A stretch of 62,192 bases of DNA, filler included, from Globobulimina sp. (taxonomy: Eukaryota): the NCBI GenBank assembly GCA_003354225.1. It is 19 parts of 19 records of this genome, joined end to end, with 100 filler letters (N's around TTAATTAATTAA, not from the genome) between each part and the next. Parts side by side here need not be neighbours in the genome. Positions count along the whole stretch, not along the records: positions 32,798 to 35,975 come from PIVH01003491.1; positions 36,076 to 39,253 come from PIVH01003492.1; positions 39,354 to 42,531 come from PIVH01003493.1; positions 42,632 to 45,808 come from PIVH01003494.1; positions 45,909 to 49,085 come from PIVH01003495.1; 14 more parts are not named here. One strand, given 5' to 3'. Position 1 is the stretch's first letter. The number at the start of each line of letters is the position of its first letter. The notes beneath the pieces were generated by a model, which had not been told where the DNA came from, searched no databases, and was given only the letters and a program-made list of their open reading frames with translations. A program made the translations under genes and the position numbers. This document shows, in pieces, positions 35,923 to 47,535 of the stretch.

Positions 35923-36364
35923 CGATATCGTTTGGATGGGATGCAATGCCGTCACATATTCCGGCGACGAGAAAGNNNNNNNNNNNNNNNNNNNNNNNNN
36001 NNNNNNNNNNNNNNNNNNNTTAATTAATTAANNNNNNNNNNNNNNNNNNNNNNNNNNNNNNNNNNNNNNNNNNNNAATGGGAGTGATCAAGGAATTGCTT
36101 TTAGGAATATACAGTTGGAAAAAACATATTATTTGGTTGTTTGTATGCCTACATATTGGAAAGGAGATAGCATTTTTTTATCTGATTTTAAACAAAGTGA
36201 ATTTGGAGAGCAAGAAAACAAACCACAATGTCCATGTATAATTATGTAAATATAATGTAATCTAATCTGTAACTGAATAATAATTGTTTTCTTAGTGTTT
36301 TGAAGTCTTTGTGTATTAATGCAACAACGAAAAGTTTTAAGTCAGAATTAAAAACTGGTGGATA

Positions 36365-38899
36365 ATGAAGCATGTTATTGAAGAGGACTCTAAACAGAAA
36401 TTGGAATTCACGCACAAATATTCACAAATTATACACCTAATAGAGCGAGCAAAAACAATTCAGGATTTAGAGACTTTTTACAAATTGTTACCTTTATCTG
36501 ACTTAAAAAAATTACTTTTCTCCAAAGTGAGCACATTGAATCTGGAGAATAGTAACAATAACCACCTCGAGCTCGTCAATGATAATAAACGCAATTTATC
36601 ATTACATCAGTTGTATTATCATTGTATGCCATTCGATATAATATTCTCCGATGATATAATATGTTCAATCATTATATTTCTATCCTCCCCAACCGACGAT
36701 AATACTGATTATATGTATAACAAATTGCCGCTCATAAACAAGCATTTCAACAAATTAATGAAACAAAAAACTGTTCTATACAAAGCATACTGTATCAAAG
36801 TCTCATTAAACGACGACTTATGGAAGAAACGTAAATCTGTTCTCGTTTCAATCTCACACCAAACAAAGTCAATACATATCTTAGACCCCGTAGCTACCAC
36901 TTCCGGTGTCATAACGCCACCATTCATCCCTTCCAATATCAACTTAAAATATAGAAATAATAAAAAGCGTATTCACAACATACGCTTTGAAATCTTAAAC
37001 TTGGACGACATGAATAATAAATGTCCCTTCATCTGGTGGTCCATCAAGAAATGGCATATCATATCCACGTCCAATGCGAACCGCTTATATTCACAGAACT
37101 TATATCAATATTATAATAACCGCCGCGTAGACAGAGTCAACCGAATGTATTACAGCAACGACTTTAGTGGTTACGTGTCGCCCACAGACAGTTTAGACTT
37201 AACACCGACATATAAGTCAAACAGACGTTCATTCTTCAACAGCGACAATGCATTTGATAGCAATCCGTGCATCAACCTCAATAATGATAAGGGAAGGTCG
37301 AGGATGGAGATTTTAACCGAAAACAACTCGATTATGAAACAGTTGTTAGACAAAGCTGCAGTGCATATAAAATCCATTCGAATTGATGATAATTACAATA
37401 TGTCGACAAACAATAATAATAACAACGACCGACGGGCGCTCAAAAACTTCTTTTGGCTCAACAAATTATTCCACGTTCAATCGTTATCGAATGATATCAT
37501 CTCATTCTATTCCATCAAAAACTTGTGTTATTTGGACTTAATATCAAGTATACATTCCTTACATTCGTTGCATTGCAAAACATTTGACATTTTACGTGAG
37601 TTGAAACAGTTATTAGTGATCAAAATAGATTTAAATCAGACATATTTTGATGATTCAAAGTCAAACGACGATAAAGAATGGTTGGTCACCTTTCCAATCA
37701 ATATCGAGTTTATACAAATTTTGAATTTCTCAAATGCAAATTCGTCGAATTACTTATTAAACTTCAACGAATGCAAAAATATCGTCGCCATTTTGTTTCG
37801 CAATTCGAAAATACTGCAGTGGCGATTTCATAATTTATATGCTAAAAATGGGCACAATGGCTTGATTGTGAATGGTTATAAAGATATGGAGAAATGCATC
37901 ATATGGCCTGCAGTAAATAGTGGCAAAGTGATTGAGTGTGTATTGTTTGACGATGGTATGACAGAAACGCGTTCGATTAATAATTGGTACGAATACTTTG
38001 AGCAACAAAAGCATAGAATACCTATTCGATACTGCAGATATCGAATATTGCCCAAAATAATGACGAATCATGAAGAATTAATTGAGATACAATCCAATCA
38101 TTCGCATGATTCGAACGTAGCGACAGTGGATGATGACTTTGTTGCGCCCAAATTAGATCTTTCCATCACGATCAGAGATAATATCAATAATAATATTGTT
38201 GTGCCGTTAACTCCGTCGTACACTGACTCGTCGACCACGACTTGCACAGTGACGACAACGGGAAATGCCCAAAACGGTAACATTTGGTCGTTGGAGAAAG
38301 GGTTTTCTGGCTCGGCGTCGTTGGACGAAGAGGAGGAAATGAAAGAGAAACAAAACGAGCATTTGGAAAACATTAATAATATACGTCTGCCGCTGACCAA
38401 AGATATGTTGAATCGATATCAAATATTTGATATTGAAAATATTGTCAGTAAAATTGTGAAAGTGAATGAGATTTGTAGCAATAGGGAGAATGAGGAGTTT
38501 TGTATGATTTTGGATGATGAAAATAATGATGGATTGTTGTGGAAATTGTTATTGATGAATAAATATGAATATTGTGGGCATGCGGCGGCAGAGGAGGATA
38601 ATAATAAGTTTGTGGCAGAGAGAGTGGCAATGTATAAACAGTGGTTTGCTATGGATATTGCGAAATGGATTTATCATTTGGGATATTGGAGTTTATTCCC
38701 ATCGGCACAAATAAACAGAGCAAGGCATAGGGTCTCATTGATTCAGAATCTCAATAATATTAATATTAATACAACACATAGTCAACCAAATGTTGCAAGA
38801 AGATCGGCCACAATTAATACATCTACATCATCACCGACTGTATCAGTGTCTCCGTCTGTTGTTGACTCGTTGGAACTTTATTTACCAACAAATACGTAA
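36365..38899 (+). CDS. Hypothetical protein with F-box-like motif and degenerate LRR-like region
   Basis: 844-aa ORF; PFDIIFSDDIICSIIIFL...LPLINKHFNKLM. Confidence 0.6.
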   Translation: MKHVIEEDSKQKLEFTHKYSQIIHLIERAKTIQDLETFYKLLPLSDLKKLLFSKVSTLNLENSNNNHLELVNDNKRNLSLHQLYYHCMPFDIIFSDDIICSIIIFLSSPTDDNTDYMYNKLPLINKHFNKLMKQKTVLYKAYCIKVSLNDDLWKKRKSVLVSISHQTKSIHILDPVATTSGVITPPFIPSNINLKYRNNKKRIHNIRFEILNLDDMNNKCPFIWWSIKKWHIISTSNANRLYSQNLYQYYNNRRVDRVNRMYYSNDFSGYVSPTDSLDLTPTYKSNRRSFFNSDNAFDSNPCINLNNDKGRSRMEILTENNSIMKQLLDKAAVHIKSIRIDDNYNMSTNNNNNNDRRALKNFFWLNKLFHVQSLSNDIISFYSIKNLCYLDLISSIHSLHSLHCKTFDILRELKQLLVIKIDLNQTYFDDSKSNDDKEWLVTFPINIEFIQILNFSNANSSNYLLNFNECKNIVAILFRNSKILQWRFHNLYAKNGHNGLIVNGYKDMEKCIIWPAVNSGKVIECVLFDDGMTETRSINNWYEYFEQQKHRIPIRYCRYRILPKIMTNHEELIEIQSNHSHDSNVATVDDDFVAPKLDLSITIRDNINNNIVVPLTPSYTDSSTTTCTVTTTGNAQNGNIWSLEKGFSGSASLDEEEEMKEKQNEHLENINNIRLPLTKDMLNRYQIFDIENIVSKIVKVNEICSNRENEEFCMILDDENNDGLLWKLLLMNKYEYCGHAAAEEDNNKFVAERVAMYKQWFAMDIAKWIYHLGYWSLFPSAQINRARHRVSLIQNLNNININTTHSQPNVARRSATINTSTSSPTVSVSPSVVDSLELYLPTNT

Positions 38900-39398
38900 C
38901 AACAACAAATACGTAGCACCGAACCAACCATCTTTGTGAAGAAATTATTTTTTTGTTGAATGAATGTTATTTTTTTAATTGTGTTGTGAACAAAATGAAA
39001 AACGTACTGTAAGTTCGGAAGTTTAGGTGTTGAGGAGTTGAGAGGTTCAGAAGTCGAATTATTAAGTTGCTCCGTATGAAACAGACATTTTTGTAATCAA
39101 TGGAGCTTAATGAATAAGATGAAACTTGACATTTAATGTGGAGTTAAAACAGCTCTTATTGAACTTTTAGGGATTGGTGTTACTGTGGAAGAAGTCAATA
39201 CTGATCTAAAGGATACCAAAGCGGCGGATAAGGTTGAAGTAGAAGAAAAGGAANNNNNNNNNNNNNNNNNNNNNNNNNNNNNNNNNNNNNNNNNNNNTTA
39301 ATTAATTAANNNNNNNNNNNNNNNNNNNNNNNNNNNNNNNNNNNNNNNNNNNNGGTTCAGTACATATTGGTCCAAACAGAGTGATTTTCAAAACGGTT

Positions 39399-42033
39399 TT
39401 ATCTGTTATTTTTATTAACAATGCTCTGTAATTTGTCACTTATCTCATCACAAATATTTAATTTAACATGATTTGTAAGTTTCGTTTGAATCACAATTTT
39501 TCTCAATTGAATGAATGCAGATTGAATATTTGATATAATTGGTTTTAATAATATTCTTTGCGTTAATTCATTTTGTAAATATAATTTCATCAAATCCGTT
39601 AAATCACTTATTCTTAAAATTAACTGTTTTTGTAATGAATCTAATGTTAAATTTAATTCGTTTAATAACATTTCCTTTTCCTCGTCAGTATAAATAGCAT
39701 TCTCCTCATTTTCCATTTCCTTCTCCTTATCATCACCACTTATTGGCGCCAATGGATGTATTTCTTCCTCATTGTCTTGATGTTGCTTCCTTAATTTATG
39801 AATGGTGACTTGTTGTTTATATTTACTTATCAATGATATTAATGGTCCAATTAACAAATTAGTTTGTGTTTGGATAAAAGACTCACATCCATTTTTTAAC
39901 ACAGATTCCATTGATTTCTTACTATTCAACTGATGCTTATTCACGCTGGGAATACTATGCTGAAACACCTCCACCAATGAATACTTGGAGGTGGACGATA
40001 GCAAATCACTCAAATATTGGGTCATATGTCCAAAATCCAATGTCGTTTCTGTAATACTAAAATCCACATCAAACGGTGAGATTTGTTCACGTAAAATCAA
40101 TAAATGTTTGACTATGAATAAATGGCCAGCAACAGAGGAGGAGTTATGAGCTAATTTCTGTGCTAAACAAACTAAACTGGTCACACTGCACGACACTGCC
40201 TCATACGCTAAAAACTCAAAAACGGAATGATTCAAAACTGGATAAATCTTACTTAACACTGACAACGTCTTTTCTAATATGGGCGACCAATCGCTGTATC
40301 TTTCATGACTTTCTGCTTCTTTTTCCTTTAATAACTCAAAATAAGCTAAATCTTTGTCAGTTATTACATATTTTTGGATTTCATCGCGTAGATAAATTTG
40401 CGTGCGAAATACTAAGCGTTCCTGCGCATCTTCGATAATTCGGACAATGGTTTTATTAAACTCTGTTATGTTGCTATCAAACTCTTCTTTGTGTTCATCC
40501 ATTTCATCCTGCAAAATATGGATAATATCGCACAAAATCTGCATGCAACTGGTCTTAATAATGAATGGTCGCACGTAGGAATATAACAAAACGCATAAAT
40601 CTTTGATTAAACTGTCGATTCTTTGTGAACCACTGATAATATTCAAACCATCATCCATCTCTTTTTTGTGTGTGTCTGCTGATGAAATGTAGGCATATTC
40701 TGATATTGGTGAAGTTGGTTTGGATGCAGATTTTGATGTCGATTGTGAAGTGGATACTGATTTTGTTTTAAATGCTCTTCTTTTGCCTGCAACAGCGATA
40801 GTAGTTAACAGCGATTTTTTTAGCGTTAAATGTAAATCAAAAAATTCATTGAATAATTTGTATTCTCGTAGACATATCATCTGAACAAAGCAAGTTGAGG
40901 CACGAATTAAGTTTGCAGTGTCATGCGTCGCTGCATAGGAAGAGATGGTACCATCCACTAATTTTGATAACGTACTCTGCCGTTCGGATAATATTAACTT
41001 TTGCAATTCATTTAGTAAACGTGCATAGGACGCACTGCATTTTGCTTCTTGTTCAATTAATTGGATCAATGGCCGTAGCAATGAGGCTGTAGCCCGATAT
41101 TCCAATATATGGTCATTTTTGTGAGTGTTGTTATGTTGCTGTTGTGCCTGCACTTTATTTAATCTTTGCTGGATATAATTTTTGATCAATTTTGTGCATT
41201 CAGTACGTAGACGTTGATAGTTTTCGAGATATTGTGCTGATTCTTTATATTGTTTACCATTCGTAGTTAGAAAGGCAACGCATTCATTTATTCGAATGAC
41301 AATGTTATGGAATTCTTTCGATAATACGTCAATTAATTTTGGTGAGAATATTCTGGCGCGGATTTGGTTGTAATCTGCAAAGTATTTTACCATTTCGCGT
41401 AATTTATTGGATTCTTGTTCTAATTCTTTTTGTTGTTGGATTAAATGCATACATTTATTGTGGATATGTGCGCATTTTGTCTCGTTTTCTTTGTAAATAT
41501 TATTGATGTCTTTCATTACATTTTGTAAATTTGAGATTGAGTCCAACACATTTCGCATATAGTTTGCATTTCGAGTCAAATACTTCCAACTTTCTTGTTG
41601 TCTGTTTGCAATTGTAAGTATTTATGTGATTATCTGTGATGTGGAAATGCGTTGTGTATAATAATAACTTTGCAGTTAATTGTAAGGGAGTATTTCTTTG
41701 CTGTTTCATTTGATCCATAAAATAAGCGATATAATCAAATTTCGGTGGTCTTTGTCTGTATCGGTACGCATCATCATCACCATCACCATCCTCGTCATCA
41801 TATTTGCCATCTTTTGTTTCTAATAATTGTTGTTGTTTTAGTTGTATTTGTTTATATCGCTCACGCAATTTATGATTTGATGGCAATGATGATAGTTCGG
41901 ATGGATCAACGCTTTCTAGCTTTGTTTTATCAATGTCATGCACAATTGGTGATAATTTAACCATCATTTGTTGCAGTTCTGCAATAGATTGTGTTTGTTC
42001 ATCGGTCAGAGGTGCCAACTCATCCCAATCCAT
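39399..42033 (-). CDS. COG3: Conserved oligomeric Golgi complex subunit 3; exons 42033-41669 and 41601-39399
   Basis: WDELAPLTDEQ, YKESAQYLENY, IIEDAQERLVFRTQIY, WSPILEKTLSVLSKIY, HLFIVKHLLILREQISPF; 67-nt intron 41602-41668. Confidence 0.95.
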
Positions 42034-42094
42034 GCTGTGATAAACTAGTAAGTAAAAAACTTAGTTAGACACTTTAACTTTCACTTTAACCAGC

Positions 42095-42531
42095 ATGGGT
42101 AACGAATATACTGTGACATGTTCATCTCACGGAAGTGTCATTTACCGTGGATCAAGCGAATCTAATTATAATTATTATCGTAATGGATCAAGACAATGCA
42201 GCCGATGTGTTGCCGAAGATAATCAGAGCGAGAGAGACGCCGCAGTGAGAAGAGCAGAGCAAGCAGCCAGAGATGAGAGAGACAGAGTATTAGCTCGCCA
42301 AAAAGAATTAGAAAGGCTTGAAAGAATCCGGCAAAAAGACCTAGAATCTGAAAGAGAAAGGCAACGCAAAGCAGAAAAAGTACGTTTATTGGCAGCAAGG
42401 CGAGAACAGGAATTAAAACGAGAAAGAATCAAAAAAGAAATGTTAGCCAAAACTACTGAGGAAATTATGGAGCAGGCAAAAAAATTTGAAAGATTAAAAT
42501 CGCAAACAAAGAATCCATTCACTCAGTATAA
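42095..42531 (+). CDS. Hypothetical coiled-coil protein with N-terminal C-x2-H...C-x2-C motif, 3' partial
   Basis: ATG 61 nt from the divergent COG3 ATG; CSSH...CSRC followed by an E/R-rich helix. Confidence 0.6.
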
Positions 42532-43025
42532 NNNNNNNNNNNNNNNNNNNNNNNNNNNNNNNNNNNNNNNNNNNNTTAATTAATTAANNNNNNNNNNNNN
42601 NNNNNNNNNNNNNNNNNNNNNNNNNNNNNNNAAAAACAATTGCAAATGCACTCTATGTAGAAACATGAATAATACTCATTATCACATGATGGTAAACAAT
42701 AATGATGTGTAAAATTTAGAATTCAAATTCTCTTTTTTTTTCATAACTGATTGTTACTTTATAACAGAGGTTTCATTGAATTTGAGATGAAAGTGTTTCT
42801 GTTATTGTTGTGTGAAAAGTGTTTTGAAGTGTGGTGTTTGATTACCGTTTGTTGAAAACAAAGAAAATTAACTGATTATCGATTTAGACGGCTTTGCAAC
42901 CAAAACAAAGTAAGTATACAGTCACTCATAACAATGCACAAAACATTGAGTTTTGTTTCCATCCGCACACTCACTAAATAGCACTATACATAAAATTAAA
43001 AGAATATTTTTATTTAAAATATATT

Positions 43026-45808
43026 TTATTCAAACTTTGTTCCACCGAGAACACATTTATTAGCCTCAAGACTAAAATCCAGAATAGCTTTACTGAAATG
43101 TTTAATCATTTGTTCCGTTCCCAACCGCTCCCCAATTTCCCCGATTCCTACAATCATCGGAACGTACGTCAAAGCATCCGATGACGGTATAATCCAGTCA
43201 CCAGTCAATATATTAAAAGTAAAACTTACTCTCTCTCCATATTCATCAAACTCCAATGTTTGACTTGAAACTGGAAACTTAAAACCTGACGTATCCAAAC
43301 TTGGCGTTCCATAATCTCTGTTATACTGTTCCACATATTCAACATCACTGCCATCTGCGTTGAAAATCACAGTCTGAACATGCGAGTCAGTCATTACAGA
43401 AATGCCATCTCCGCCGCGACCAAAAGATATCCAACCACCGCCACTCACTTTACTGCGTAGCGTAGTTATTGCCATTTCGCCCTGTCCTTTTTGGTCAATT
43501 TTATATACAATGGAGATTAAGCCCTCCTCACCCACAGTAACCATACACGTCGAATCATCAAACACCACATCAGAGCTACCTCCATCTGACGCATTCCGTG
43601 CATTTCCTTTCATCGCATCAGCATTACGCAAATTGTCCGATAAACTCCATTGCTGTTCACCTGCAAACAAAACACATTTACATCAATAAGCTCGATCTGA
43701 CAGTGCATTGTGCACAAACATAGAAAACACGGATACTGCGACAAAAAACAATGCGTTTACTCTGTATATGCACGTTCAGAACATCCGTACATTCATATCG
43801 TTTGTCAGTCGCACAAATGTATAATATGCGGAATGTACATACCTGGAAAGCGATTTTTTCGCCATTCATTAATACTGTTTGATACAGTGTCATTATAACG
43901 GGACTCATCGCCTTGCCACACCGTGTTATTTGCGTCAAATCCATCCGTCCGCAGACTACATTGCTGATTCAAATAACTATAAATCGCATCAGTTTCATCA
44001 TACATACTTCCAATATGGAAATCGTGCCGGCTCCACGGACAAAACACGCAGTCATCATTGCCTTCCAATATCGCAACCTGTGATAAGTTATACCGATTCG
44101 GGTTACAGTTATATTTATTACCGACACTGGCAGCACTCGTCCATTTTATGCAAGCAACATCACCTTTGTCGCAGGCTCGAATAAAGCCCAAATTGCCTCG
44201 CACAAATGTCCTCGTTAAGGCATGGTCAACGAAGATGTATGTGCCCGGATTGTCGTGTCGCCAGTCGGCAATGGCGCAGCCACCCGGAGGCACTGTGGTG
44301 GTTTGTATGTTTTGCTGTGGCGATGTGTTGACATCGCCGTGCAACCAAACGCGATCGAAGTGGTCTCCGATCATATGAAAGGAGCTCAAATGGTTGGGGC
44401 CGCCGGCCACAATAAAAACGCGCACCACACTGCCCACAGTGGTCACGATTGGATTATGAACCAAAGCGAATGGGGCACCGTTAAACATCACCACATCACT
44501 CATCTCATAGCGCTCTTTGATTGGATCGAAGGTGTTATGTAAGTTTGGTGCCGGTCTGGCAAATTTAGTGCCGATGTTGTTTACCAACGGATAATGTAAA
44601 TATAACTCGCCTTGGCCTAAATACACATCCATGTCGGAATAAGGAAACCCATTCTTTGGTTCTACGATAATGGCACCGTACATTCCTTTTATTTTATTGT
44701 AATCAAATTAGTTTTCAAAGGACATTCAAACATAAAAATAAGTTCCGCAGTGAACTAATTTTGAAAATATTCAGATTTATCCGAGAACGCATAGTTGTTA
44801 GTCATTGTTGACGGAATCTCTGGGCTGTCGGGAAAAAACCTATCTGCGATATTTTAAACAGGCATACCTTTGCTAATATGGTCAGAGATCCATCCACTCG
44901 CACAATGATAGATAAACATTCCCGGTATGATAGCCTGCCAAACAGTCCTTGCTTGCTGGCCCGGCAACACTCGCAATGACACTGCGCCGCCGCCGGGACC
45001 GCTCATTGCGTGGAAATCAACGCTGTGTTCATGCGAACTCGTATTGGGATTTATTAAAATCAAATCAATCCAATCGCCGACCCGCACTCTCAACGGCGGC
45101 CCAGGAACCGTGGCATTGTAAGTAAAGAATTCAAAGGTATGTCCCTCTTCTATCTCAGCCACAACTTCGACGGTAGTTAAGGTGACCCGGTGTGTGATTG
45201 CTTTGTGCCTTCGCGGCAAACCTAAGATCTCTGTCTCATTCATCCAGGATGGCAGCGGGAATTCACACGTATCGATGTCGAATACGTAACCATGGTCTTT
45301 CATGGTATAAGTGCTCGTTTCGAAGTCAGTTTGGCATTTTGGTTTTGGCACTGCATTGCCGGCGGAGTCGCGGTTGGAAAAATATTCAATTTCGCCGGTT
45401 GTGCTGTTTAAGAGTGGGCTGTAATTAATATTAATCGGTGCGGGTATATCGATTGGATTACGTATGACTGTGACTCCTTTGCCGTTTAAGTCCATTTCTT
45501 CTCCTTCGCTGGGATCTAAATGTAAAACACAATGTGCTTTTAAGTAATTGTCTAAACCAGAAATTAAAGCTACATCGACAATATTGCTCGTGTTTGTGAT
45601 ATTGCTCATATTTGTGATATTTAAGGGATTCGAAGGGGAGATACTTTTGTTTGTATAGTTGTTGTTATAAGTTCGGACTACATATGCGATTAAGACACAG
45701 GTGGCGGTTAAAAGCAACACAATGATTACTAATAACATATAAATGATAATTTTCAAATGTTTACTGTCATCTTTTGTTTCTTTTGGTGGATTCGCCACTG
45801 AATTTTCT
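43026..45808 (-). CDS. nirK: Membrane-anchored copper-containing nitrite reductase fused to a C-terminal DOMON-like domain; exons 45808-44868, 44685-43843, 43660-43026 (5' end probably off contig)
   Basis: TYNATVPGPPLRVRVGD, HSVDFH, YHCASGWISDHISKG|MYGAIIVEP, GPNHLSSFHMIGDHFDRV, YIFVDHALTR: all T1/T2 Cu ligands plus catalytic Asp and His. Two phase-1 GT-AG introns (44686-44867, 43661-43842) join three ORFs in frame. Confidence 0.93.
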
Positions 45809-46419
45809 NNNNNNNNNNNNNNNNNNNNNNNNNNNNNNNNNNNNNNNNNNNNTTAATTAATTAANNNNNNNNNNNNNNNNNNNNNNNNNNNNNNNNNNNN
45901 NNNNNNNNCTCATAATATACTTGACTCACAGAGATGTTTTGGATTTTTGTCACAGGATTATTATGCGACTCATTTAACCTATCGATAAATGAATATGTTT
46001 ACGCTTTTCATTTTATGTTTTTGCTTAGTTTATTATTTTGTTGTTCAAATCTAACCTGTACGCGTACAAAACCAGATACGAATATTATTAAAGGCAGTGG
46101 GCTTTGCAAAGATTTTATTTACAGATGATGAGGGTGAGCATTTTTTCAATGGCACGGGATATGCAAGAGATACTGATGAAACGAAACTAAGCCAAAAAAG
46201 TTAATTGATTATTTATTACAAAACTGAATGCATAGGTATTCATTAATATTTCTATACAAAATCCATACTAAAAAATAAAAATACAGTGTCAAATTAAATT
46301 ATCATTTGAATTATCTGTCATATAAATTATAGTCTACATGAAAAAAGAAAAGATATTAAAATCTGACAATAAAGCAACCACAGCAACATAAACAAACAAA
46401 CAAACACATCCTATATCTA

Positions 46420-47420
46420 TCAAAAGAAGGCACTTTGCGAAGGCGGACAGATTTCTGTCTCATCGTACTTCGAATTTAAATTATAATTAGAATATTTCTC
46501 CAGATGTCTTTTGATAACACTGTTCGGTTTATGCTGCATCAATGGCATGGTCGACTCGTCATATTCCGACAAGGCGGCCTGCACAAATTCCTCCACTCCC
46601 TCATCGCAGTCGTCCATCAACTCTCTGCCCAAAGTCTCGCACGGCAACAAAAAGGTGGACACCGTCGCAATAAAGCAGCAAATGGCAAACACCACCGACG
46701 AAATGCTCGTGGACAAATCCTGCACAATAAAAGAGGTAGAAATGCCGGCAAACCGCGCCAACGTAATGCTGAAGCCCAAGGCCGTCGCTCTTATCGTCGT
46801 CGGATAGTACTCCAAAATGTACACAATCAAAATATTGTAGGCAGTCGACACGCCCATCCTCGCCAAAAAGATGAGCGCCACGCCGACAAAGCGCGGCGAA
46901 AACACCAAGCCGACGAAACACAGCATCGACACGAAAAAGGTCGACGACAAAAACGGAATTCTGCCGACACGGTCAAAAATCACGATGCCCAAAATCATGC
47001 CCGGGATCTCGCTGCTTGTACACACCAACAACTCCCAGAAGACGTCGTTGATGTCGCCAGAATGCTGCGACTCAAAGTATGTCAATTGGAACAGCGCCAC
47101 GCCGAAATAAGCGCACGTGGCACAAAACGTTGTCGTCAGAACTTGCGCCGAAGTCTGCCGATGTTGTTTGTTGAACAGGGCGCCCACCGCACCTTTCTTG
47201 TCATTGTCCACCGCCGCCATCTCAATCAGTTTCTCCTTCAAAATGGCGATATCCACATTATTCCACTCCGCAATGCGAGCTAACTGCGTCCGCACTCATA
47301 GTCGCCATTGTTGATGAGCCAGCGCGCCGACTCCGGCACAAAAAAGGTTGACACCACGCAGAGCCACGACGGCGCCGCTCAAGCCGCTAAGTACCATCTC
47401 CAATCCAGGCCCGCTAAGTA
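46420..47420 (-). pseudogene. SVOP/SV2-like MFS transporter, 5'-truncated, with a stop and a frameshift upstream of 47295
   Basis: LDWRWYLAA*AAPSW..FFVPESARWL, then a frameshift into RTQLARIA..SEIPG..FDRVGR..LARMG..EYYPTTIRATALG..ARFAG..LPCETLGREL. Confidence 0.7.
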
Positions 47421-47535
47421 TTTTTGATAAACTCTTAAATACCAAATTATAGCTCCAAAAACACAATAGAACAAGAGTTATTGGCTAAAAACATGAAAAA
47501 ATCTATAGACTAAAGGTATGAAACCTACTTAGATA

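Noticed and set aside
44030-44060. c-type heme motif in the NirK linker (CVFC)
   Set aside because: Followed by Pro, not His; not CxxCH.
43026-45808. nirK as bacterial symbiont or contaminant DNA
   Set aside because: Two spliceosomal introns, N-glycosylation sequons, AT-rich eukaryotic 3' flank and no operon context.
46504-47283. 259-aa plus-strand ORF and similar antisense ORFs (4751-5353, 47806-48441, 4001-4597)
   Set aside because: Shadow ORFs opposite real genes with biased codon usage; no motifs.
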